NCBI GenBank assembly: GCA_036488995.1
Contig: DASXGQ010000025.1
Span: 1 to 24,000, forward strand
Direction: 5' to 3'
Origin: Caulobacteraceae bacterium
Lineage (GTDB): Bacteria > Pseudomonadota > Alphaproteobacteria > Caulobacterales > Caulobacteraceae
Length of the DNA stretch: 24,000 bases
The notes under the pieces were generated by a model. The model did not search any database, was not told the origin of the DNA, and saw nothing but the letters and a program-made list of their open reading frames with translations. This document shows positions 8,415-14,943 of this stretch, one piece after another; positions within the stretch are counted from its first letter, which is position 1, and every line of letters starts with the position of its first letter. Both the position numbers and the translations under genes were made by a program.

Positions 8415-8591
8415 TCAGGCCTCTTCAACGGGAGCCGTGACGCCACGCGCGTGGGCCTCCTTCGCGGCAGGAACCGGCGTTCGCATAGCTCCGCCTTCGT
8501 CTTCCCACTGTTCCAGGTGGTCTTCATTGGGGAGGTGTTCAATTGATTGGCTAGGAAGCGAGGGGCGCTCGCACGATTTTTTCTGGGACAT
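8415..8591 (-). CDS. Possible small hypothetical protein (58 aa), below the ORF-track length cut-off
   Basis: Manual translation: MSQKKSCERPSLPSQSIEHLPNEDHLEQWEDEGGAMRTPVPAAKEAHARGVTAPVEEA*. Composition is acidic and protein-like, with few of the Arg/Ser/Pro-rich shadow-ORF traits. Confidence 0.3.
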   Translation of the reverse strand: MSQKKSCERPSLPSQSIEHLPNEDHLEQWEDEGGAMRTPVPAAKEAHARGVTAPVEEA

Positions 8592-8779
8592 GACTTCGGC
8601 TCTTCGGATGTGGAAAGATAACCCTCCGCGAGGGCGCCCGATCCCCGTCGAGATAATAAAGTCTTCGTAGCGTAGCGATCTCCTCCGCGGATCGCCATCT
8701 ACGAATATCGCCTTGGCGCTGCGGACGACCGCTTCTGCTGCGCGGCGACAGCGGGAACTGACGTTCCCTGGAGTGCCCG

Positions 8780-9256
8780 ATGTCCGTCGAAAACACTGAC
8801 CTCGAACGCCGCGTTTTGGCGCACGAGCAGATCCTGCAAGCGCTGATGGCCCAGTTGGCGGAAGGGAAGCCGGAATTTCTTAGTCGCATGCGCGATCGTT
8901 TCGCGAGCGCCCGGCGCGGCGCCTATGAACACGACTATGTCGAGACTGCCGACTATGCGGAGGCCTTTCTTCGTGAGGTGATGCGTCTTGGTCGAGTCGG
9001 CAGGGACGCGACACGGGCGACTCCCTCGTCTCTCGCGGCGACGTCCGCACGCCCCGTGACCCGTGGCGCTGACTCGAGGGTTGTGGTCCGGTCGGCGCTG
9101 TCCAGTGGAATCTGGCACGTCACCCGCAACGGTGATTTTTTCGGCGACTTCGTGTCGGAAGAGGCGGCGCGGCTGTCCGCCAAAGGTGCGGCGCGGGAAA
9201 TTCAGCTGCGAGGCGGCCTTGTCGATCTGCAGATCGAGCCCAGCGCCAAGCGCTGA
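8780..9256 (+). CDS. Hypothetical protein (158 aa), C-terminus resembling DUF2188-type short modules
   Basis: MSVENTDLERRVLAHEQILQALMAQLAEGKPEFLSRMRDRF... with C-terminal GIWHVTRNGDFFGDFVSEEAARLSAKGAAREIQLRGG. CTGGAG lies near the start. Confidence 0.65.
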   Translation: MSVENTDLERRVLAHEQILQALMAQLAEGKPEFLSRMRDRFASARRGAYEHDYVETADYAEAFLREVMRLGRVGRDATRATPSSLAATSARPVTRGADSRVVVRSALSSGIWHVTRNGDFFGDFVSEEAARLSAKGAAREIQLRGGLVDLQIEPSAKR

Positions 9257-9276
9257 TCGAATCGCCGCTCCCGCAT

Positions 9277-9311
9277 CTCCGCTCCAACGGCTGGCGCCGG
9301 CCGCAGCGGAG
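9277..9311. terminator. Stem-loop between the convergent hypothetical gene and gcrA
   Basis: CTCCGCT (9277-9283) pairs with AGCGGAG (9305-9311); the loop holds a further CGGC-N4-GCCG. No T-tract seen. Confidence 0.35.
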
Positions 9312-9370
9312 GTGTGTGGCTCCCCTCCGCATGGGTGAGGTCCGCCACGTTCGAGCGGAGACGCCCTCTT

Positions 9371-9892
9371 TCAGATGTACCGCCGCAGGGACCGGGCCAG
9401 TTCGTTCGGGCTCGTCTTCTTCTTGGCCTGCTGGGGCTGATAGGCGAGCTGGGCGTGCTCGACGCAGTAGGGCCGCTCATCCGCCGCCCGGCGCCCGCAG
9501 AAGGTGAATTCCGAGCTCGAGGGATCTCCGATCGGCCACTTGCACATGTGACGGCCGAGGGTGAGGACCGTGGCCCCGCCGGCCTCCTCGACCCGGGCCG
9601 GGACCTGCGGCGCTGCGGGACGCGGCGGCTGCGCCGCGAAGTGCGGTGCGGGCGCAGGCCGGCGCGGCGCTGACGGCGCGGCGCTGACGGGGCGTGCAGG
9701 GCGCGGCGGCTTGAAGGCGACGGGCGCCGGCTGGGACGGCGTCGCGCGGCCAGAGAGGCCGAGGCGGTGGACCTTGCCGATGACCGCGTTGCGCGTCACC
9801 CCGCCGAGCTGCTTTGCGATCTGACTGGCCGATAGGCCATCCAGCCACAGCGTCTTGAGCGTCTCGACCCTCTCGTCCGTCCACCCCATCAC
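9371..9892 (-). CDS. gcrA: GcrA cell-cycle regulator
   Basis: N-terminal MMGWTDERVETLKTLWLDGLSASQIAKQLGGVTRNAVIGKVHRLGLSGR, a Pro/Ala-rich linker, and C-terminal CKWPIGDPSSSEFTFCGRRAADERPYCVEHAQLAYQP: classic GcrA architecture. Confidence 0.96.
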   Translation of the reverse strand: MMGWTDERVETLKTLWLDGLSASQIAKQLGGVTRNAVIGKVHRLGLSGRATPSQPAPVAFKPPRPARPVSAAPSAPRRPAPAPHFAAQPPRPAAPQVPARVEEAGGATVLTLGRHMCKWPIGDPSSSEFTFCGRRAADERPYCVEHAQLAYQPQQAKKKTSPNELARSLRRYI

Positions 9893-9918
9893 AGCCTCCG
9901 CCGCGCTGCCACCACATC

Positions 9919-10011
9919 TTGTGTCGTGGTCGCCACATGTACGACTCCCGACACAACATATCGTTAACCTTTAGGGGCTGGGATACAATAGGCGCCGTGC
10001 ATCCATCCACA
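9919..10011. promoter_or_regulatory. gcrA / ABC-2 permease intergenic control region
   Basis: Contains TTGTGTCG-N22-CGACACAA (9919-9956), a GANTC site GACTC (9943-9947), a GTTAAC element (9963-9968), and CCATCCACA (10003-10011 approx.), which matches DnaA box TTATCCACA at 7/9. Confidence 0.4.
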
Positions 10012-10120
10012 GCTTACTACATATTGAACCGACCCCCGCGCATTTGGCTCAAATCGGCTCCGTGAGGCCGGCGCCGCGGTGGGCTTGCGCAGGGCGACGC
10101 GGTCGCGCACATGCACCCGC

Positions 10121-10939
10121 ATGAAGGACATGCCGGCGCCGATGGTCTCGCCCCCGCTTCCGCGGGAGTATCACGGGCCAAACTGGGAGGGCCTCAGAAC
10201 CCTCTACAAGCGCGAGGTGCGCCGATTCTGGAAGGTCGGCGCCCAGACCCTCGCCGCCCCGGTGGTCACCGCGCTGCTCTACATGCTGGTCTTCGTCGTG
10301 GCGGTGCGCGGCGCGCGGCCGCCGATCGAGGGCGTCGCCTTCGCCACCTTCGTGGCGCCGGGCCTGATCATGATGCAGATCCTGTCCAACGCCTTCGCCA
10401 ACTCCTCGTCGAGTCTTCTGCAGGCGAAGATGAACGGCCTGATCAGCGACTTCCTGATGCCCCCGCTCACGCCCTCCGAGCAGGTCGCCGGCTTCGCCTT
10501 GGGCGCGGCCACGCGTGGGGTGATGGTGGGGGCGGTCACGGCGCTGGCCGTGCTGCCCTTCGCGCACCTGCAGATCGTCCACCTATGGGCGGTGGCCTAT
10601 TTCGGCCTCGGCGCGGCGATCATCATGGGACTGCTGGGCGTGATGGCCGCGATCTGGTCGGTGAAGTTCGACCACATCGCCGCGGTCAGCAACTTCATCA
10701 TCATGCCCATGACTTTCCTGTCGGGGACGTTCTACCTCGTCTCGCGCCTGCCCGAGCCGTTCCGAAGCGCCTCGAAGTTCAATCCGTTCTTCTATCTCAT
10801 CGCCGGCTTCCGCTACGGCTTCGTCGGCCAGGCCGACGGATCCATCGCCGTGGGCGTGGCCTCGACCGCCGTCCTGGCCCTGTTCCTCGCCGGCGTATGC
10901 CACTGGATGTTCAAGAGCGGCTACCGACTGAAGAGCTGA
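10121..10939 (+). CDS. ABC-2 type transporter permease
   Basis: KREVRRFWKVGAQTLAAPVVTALLYMLVFVVAV...FVAPGLIMMQILSNAFANSSSSLLQAKMNGLISDFLMPPL...PMTFLSGTFYLVSRLPEPFRSASKFNPFFYLIAGFRYGF. The track ORF starts at 10079; the ATG at 10121 looks more likely. Confidence 0.9.
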   Translation: MKDMPAPMVSPPLPREYHGPNWEGLRTLYKREVRRFWKVGAQTLAAPVVTALLYMLVFVVAVRGARPPIEGVAFATFVAPGLIMMQILSNAFANSSSSLLQAKMNGLISDFLMPPLTPSEQVAGFALGAATRGVMVGAVTALAVLPFAHLQIVHLWAVAYFGLGAAIIMGLLGVMAAIWSVKFDHIAAVSNFIIMPMTFLSGTFYLVSRLPEPFRSASKFNPFFYLIAGFRYGFVGQADGSIAVGVASTAVLALFLAGVCHWMFKSGYRLKS

Positions 10940-10950
10940 GGCCTTCAGTC
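10926..10950 (+). terminator. Stem-loop overlapping the permease stop codon
   Basis: GACTGAAG-N9-CTTCAGTC: perfect 8-bp stem with no strong T-tract. Confidence 0.35.
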
Positions 10951-11058
10951 CCCTGATTATTGGGGATGATCGGGGGTCGATCTGCTGTGCGGCGCAGCAT
11001 TGACATGGGCGGGCGCGACAGCGAGAACCCGCGGCTTCCTGACGTACAGGTCCGTTTG

Positions 11059-11085
11059 GAGGGCGCTGGGTCGAACCGCGCCCTC
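11059..11085 (+). promoter_or_regulatory. Leader hairpin in the predicted argD 5'UTR
   Basis: GAGGGCGC-N11-GCGCCCTC: perfect 8-bp stem, about 12 nt upstream of the AGGAGG Shine-Dalgarno (about 11097-11102) and 28 nt before the ATG. Confidence 0.35.
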
Positions 11086-11112
11086 TTCATCATTCCAGGA
11101 GGCGTTGAGACC

Positions 11113-12327
11113 ATGGCCTCGACCGCGAGCCCGACCGTTCCCGAAGACCACATCCTGGGCGTGTACAATCGCGCCCCGCTGGCCTTCGAACGAGGCGAGG
11201 GCGCGCGACTCTATACGGCCGACGGCGAGGCCTATCTCGACTGCCTCGCCGGCATCGCCACGACGGGCCTGGGCCATGCCAATCCAAAACTGGTGGCGGC
11301 GCTGAAGGCGCAGGCCGAGAAGCTCTGGCACGTTTCCAACATCTTCCGCATCCCGGGGCAGGAGAAGCTTGCCGCGGCCCTGTGCGAGGCGACCTTCGCC
11401 GAGGTCGTGTTCTTCACCAATTCGGGGACCGAGGCGGTGGAGTGCGCGCTGAAGATGGCGCGACGCTATCACTGGGCGAACGGCGAGCCGGACCGGATCG
11501 AGGTGATTGGCTTCGACGGCGCCTTCCATGGGCGCAGCTATGCGGCGGTGTTCGCCGCGGGCAATCCCTCCTACGTCGAGGGCTTCGGCCCGCCGCTGCC
11601 CGGCTACCGGACCTTGCCGTTCGGCGATCACGAGGCGCTCAAGACGGCGATCGGGCCCAAGACCGCCGCAGTGATCCTCGAGCCCGTGCAGGGCGAGGGC
11701 GGCGCGCGCGCGTTCCCCGAAGTCTGCCTGACGGAGCTGCGCAAGCTCTGCGACGAACAGGGCGTGCTGCTGATCTACGACGAAATCCAGAGCGGCCTTG
11801 GGCGCACCGGCAAGCTGTTCGCCTACGAGTGGGCGGCCGACGCCGCGCCCGACATCATGTGCGTCGCCAAGGCGCTCGGCGACGGCTTCCCGGTCGGCGC
11901 CTGCCTGGCCACTGCCAAGGCGGGTTCGGGAATGGTCGTCGGCACGCACGGCTCGACCTATGGCGGCAACCCGCTGGCCATGGCCGTCGGGCTCGCGGCG
12001 TTCGAGGAACTCACCCGACCCGAGACGGTAGAGAACGTGCGTCGGGCGACCGGCCGCTTCGCTCAGGGCCTGGCAGGCCTGAAGGACCGCTATCCCGACG
12101 TGATCGCCGAGATCCGCGGCAAGGGCCTGCTGATCGGCCTCAAGCTGGTCCCCAACAACCGAGCCTTCATGGCGGCCGCGCGTGAGCGCCGCCTGCTGAT
12201 CGCCGGCGGCGGCGACAACTGCGTGCGCCTGCTCCCCTCGCTTCTGATCACCGAGGCCGAAGTGCAGGAAGCGATCGAGAAGCTGGAGCAGACCTGCGAG
12301 GACACCCGGCGGAGCGCGAGCTCATGA
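11113..12327 (+). CDS. argD: Acetylornithine/succinyldiaminopimelate aminotransferase
   Basis: [47 protein letters not shown]...[17 protein letters not shown]...[13 protein letters not shown]...[22 protein letters not shown]...[22 protein letters not shown]...[11 protein letters not shown]. The AGGAGG lies upstream of the ATG at 11113. Confidence 0.95.
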   Translation: MASTASPTVPEDHILGVYNRAPLAFERGEGARLYTADGEAYLDCLAGIATTGLGHANPKLVAALKAQAEKLWHVSNIFRIPGQEKLAAALCEATFAEVVFFTNSGTEAVECALKMARRYHWANGEPDRIEVIGFDGAFHGRSYAAVFAAGNPSYVEGFGPPLPGYRTLPFGDHEALKTAIGPKTAAVILEPVQGEGGARAFPEVCLTELRKLCDEQGVLLIYDEIQSGLGRTGKLFAYEWAADAAPDIMCVAKALGDGFPVGACLATAKAGSGMVVGTHGSTYGGNPLAMAVGLAAFEELTRPETVENVRRATGRFAQGLAGLKDRYPDVIAEIRGKGLLIGLKLVPNNRAFMAAARERRLLIAGGGDNCVRLLPSLLITEAEVQEAIEKLEQTCEDTRRSASS

Positions 12328-13247
12328 ACGCGCCCCGTCATTTCCTCGACCTCTGGCGGCTCGAGCCGGAAACGCTGCGGGCGATCCTGGAAGACGCCAA
12401 GGCCCGCAAGTCCGCCCGCAGAGGCTGGTCCCAGGGCCGCGTCGACGCCGACGCGCCCGGCAAGGACCGCACCCTGGCGATGATCTTCCAGAAGAACTCG
12501 ACGCGGACGCGCTTCTCGTTCGACGCGGGCATCCGCCAGCTGGGCGGCGCCAGCGTCATCGCCACGGCGAGCGACATGCAGCTCGGTCGGGGCGAGACGA
12601 TCGAGGACACCGCCCGGGTCCTCTCGCGCATGGTCGACGCGGTGATGATCCGCGCGGTGAGCCACGACAGCATCGAGGCCTTCGCCGAAGCGGCCAGCGT
12701 GCCCCTGATCAACGGCCTGAGCGACCGCAGCCACCCCTGCCAGATCATGGCCGACCTGATGACCTTCGAGGAGCATCGCGGGCCGATCGCGGGACGGACG
12801 GTCGCGTGGATCGGCGACGGCAACAATGTCTGCGCCAGCTTCATCCATGCGGCGGCCAGGTTCGACTTCCGCCTCGTCATCGCCTGTCCCGACGCCTACC
12901 GGCCGCGCCAGAGCGATCTCGACCTTGCGCCAGGCAAGGTAGAGGTCACCTGCGACATGCGGGCGGCGGTCCGCGGCGCCGACTGCGTGGTGGCCGACGG
13001 CTGGGTGTCGATGGGCGATTCCGACTACGAGGATCGCGTGAAGGCTTTCGCGCCCTACCAGGTGGACGAAGCCCTGATGGCCGCGGCAGCGCCGGACGCA
13101 GTCTTCCTCCACTGCCTGCCCGCCCACCGCGGCGAGGAGGTGACGGAGGAGGTGATCGACGGCCCGCGCTCCCTGGTGTGGGACGAGGCCGAAAACCGCG
13201 TCCACGCCCAGAAATCCATCCTCGCCTGGTGCTTCGGCGCGATCTGA
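12324..13247 (+). CDS. argF: Ornithine carbamoyltransferase
   Basis: [21 protein letters not shown] (STRTR), [24 protein letters not shown]. Overlaps argD by 4 nt (ATGA), indicating translational coupling. Confidence 0.96.
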   Translation: MNAPRHFLDLWRLEPETLRAILEDAKARKSARRGWSQGRVDADAPGKDRTLAMIFQKNSTRTRFSFDAGIRQLGGASVIATASDMQLGRGETIEDTARVLSRMVDAVMIRAVSHDSIEAFAEAASVPLINGLSDRSHPCQIMADLMTFEEHRGPIAGRTVAWIGDGNNVCASFIHAAARFDFRLVIACPDAYRPRQSDLDLAPGKVEVTCDMRAAVRGADCVVADGWVSMGDSDYEDRVKAFAPYQVDEALMAAAAPDAVFLHCLPAHRGEEVTEEVIDGPRSLVWDEAENRVHAQKSILAWCFGAI

Positions 13248-13260
13248 CGGGCTGCGATCT

Positions 13261-13291
13261 GGATCCTCCTCCGCGAAGCGGGGGAGGGTCC
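13261..13291. terminator. Hairpin terminator-like structure between argF and a convergent response regulator
   Basis: GGATCCTCCTCCGC-GAA-GCGGGGGAGGGTCC: 14-position stem with two T/G wobble-type mismatches and a 3-nt loop. Confidence 0.6.
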
Positions 13292-13296
13292 GGTCC

Positions 13297-13680
13297 CTAA
13301 GCCGCCATGGCCTCGGTCAGGGCGGCGACGAGTTCGCGCTGGCGGACCGGTTTCTGCAGGCGCGGGGCGTCGCGGAGGATCGGAGGTTCGGGGTGACCTG
13401 AGCTGTAGCCGCTGACCACAATGAACGGCACGTGCCGGCGCCGGAGCGCCTCGGCCAGTGCGGTCGGGGTCTCGCCGTCGAGATTGAGGTCCAGAAGCAC
13501 CGCGTCGGGCGTCTCGTCCTCGAGCAGGGCAAAGGCGGGCGCCGAACGCCCCGCCGTTCCGATCACCACGCAGCCCTGATCGGTCAGTTCGGACTCGAGC
13601 TCCATCGCCACGAGGAACTCGTCCTCGACGATCATCACCCGCTTGCCGGTGAGCGTCGAAGCGCCGACCGTGCTGTCCAT
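13297..13680 (-). CDS. Single-domain response regulator (receiver domain)
   Basis: GKRVMIVEDEFLVAMELESELTDQGCVV...PDAVLLDLNLDGE...PFIVVSGYS...LQKPVRQRELVAAL. Confidence 0.9.
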   Translation of the reverse strand: MDSTVGASTLTGKRVMIVEDEFLVAMELESELTDQGCVVIGTAGRSAPAFALLEDETPDAVLLDLNLDGETPTALAEALRRRHVPFIVVSGYSSGHPEPPILRDAPRLQKPVRQRELVAALTEAMAA

Positions 13681-13776
13681 GTCAGGTATCCCGTCCGTCT
13701 AACGGGCACCTTGGACTAAAATTTTAATGAGTGTCAAATCGTACAATTGACGCAGAACAAAGCGGTGAGGCTTTCT

Positions 13777-14820
13777 TCAACCCTGCTCTCCGAGTGTCGG
13801 ATCGGCGCTGATCTGGACCAGCGTCTTACCGAAATTGCCGCCGGACATCATATCGATGAACGCTTTGGGCAGGGTCTCGAATCCATGTCTGCGGTCTTCC
13901 AGGTACTTGACCTCGCCCCGGGCGACCAGTGGCGCCATCTCCGCCAGGAAGCGGTCGTGGTGCTCGGCGACGAAGTCGCCGACGAAGAGGTCGCGCACCT
14001 CCACCTCGCGTTCGGAGAAGATGGTCGCGCCCCTGCGCATCAGGTCGGCGCGCGCATCGCCCGCCTCACCGTAGTGCGCGATCAGGCCGCAGATGACCAT
14101 CCGCGCCCTGGGCTGGAAGAGCGGCAGGGTCGCCTCAAACACGGCCCCGCCCACATTCTCGAAATAGACGTCCACGCCTTGCGGGCAGGCGGCGCGAAGC
14201 TGTTCGGGAAAGTCCGGCGCCAGGTGCGAGACGCAGGCGTCGAAGCCCAGCTCCTCGACCACGAACCTGCACTTCTCCTCGCGGCCGGCGACGCCGACGA
14301 CCCGCATGCCTTTCAGGCGCGCGAGCTGCCCTGCGATCTGGCCCACGCCTCCGGAGGCTGCGGAGACGACCGCCGTCTGGCCCGCCTGCGGCTTTCCCAG
14401 CAGGACCATGCCGGACCAGGCGGTGAGTCCGAGCATGCCGAGCACTCCTACCGCATAGGAGATCGGTCCACGCGCGGGGTCGAGCCTGCGCGGGACCATG
14501 TAGACGGGTCGGGGCACGCCTTCGCCCAGGAGGCCGTACTCCGCCCAGCCCGCGGTGGAGAAGACGAAGTCCCCGGGCGCGAGGCCGTCCAGGCGGCTCT
14601 CGATCACCTGACCGACGGTGCGGGCGTGACACACCTCGCCGGGCTTCTCGACACCCCGGCGTCGATAGCCCCACTGATAGGGATCCAGGGAGACAAAGAT
14701 GGTGCGGGTGAGCGCCTGGCCCGCCGCAGGCTGTGGAATCTCCGCCTGCCTGGCCTCGAAGGTCTCGGGCGTGGGAAGCGGCCTGAGCGGCCGGTCGGCG
14801 AGAGTCCAATATCGGTTCAT
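13777..14820 (-). CDS. NADP-dependent medium-chain dehydrogenase/reductase (alkenal / curcumin reductase-like)
   Basis: SLDPYQWGYRR, VGVLGMLGLTAWSGMVLLGKPQAGQTAVVSAASGGVGQIAGQLARLKGMRVVGVAG, GVDVYFENVGG...VICGLIAHY. Confidence 0.9.
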   Translation of the reverse strand: MNRYWTLADRPLRPLPTPETFEARQAEIPQPAAGQALTRTIFVSLDPYQWGYRRRGVEKPGEVCHARTVGQVIESRLDGLAPGDFVFSTAGWAEYGLLGEGVPRPVYMVPRRLDPARGPISYAVGVLGMLGLTAWSGMVLLGKPQAGQTAVVSAASGGVGQIAGQLARLKGMRVVGVAGREEKCRFVVEELGFDACVSHLAPDFPEQLRAACPQGVDVYFENVGGAVFEATLPLFQPRARMVICGLIAHYGEAGDARADLMRRGATIFSEREVEVRDLFVGDFVAEHHDRFLAEMAPLVARGEVKYLEDRRHGFETLPKAFIDMMSGGNFGKTLVQISADPTLGEQG

Positions 14821-14943
14821 GGCGCGAGGCTAGCTCGTTCGCGGTCGACCGTGAAAGGGCGTACGCAAGGGTCCGGCAGCACGATCTGGCCACAAATCCG
14901 TAGTAGCCGCCCACTCCTTCTCGCCATCAAAATCCCCGGGGCC

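Noticed and set aside
8551-8889. 112-aa minus-strand ORF containing RSAEEIATLRRLYYLDGD
   Set aside because: The internal segment faintly resembles a GcrA-like helix, but the rest is Arg/Ser-rich and antisense to the better-supported ORF at 8780; treated as chance.
10957-11949. 330-aa minus-strand ORF antisense to argD
   Set aside because: Mirror frame of the argD coding sequence with no recognisable domain.
12090-13205. 371-aa minus-strand ORF
   Set aside because: Shadow frame antisense to argD/argF, which carry clear catalytic motifs.
13747-14943. N-terminal ~400 codons of the 1255-aa plus-strand ORF
   Set aside because: Overlaps antisense of the clear MDR oxidoreductase and lacks plausible protein features; the real start is the signal-peptide ATG at 14944.
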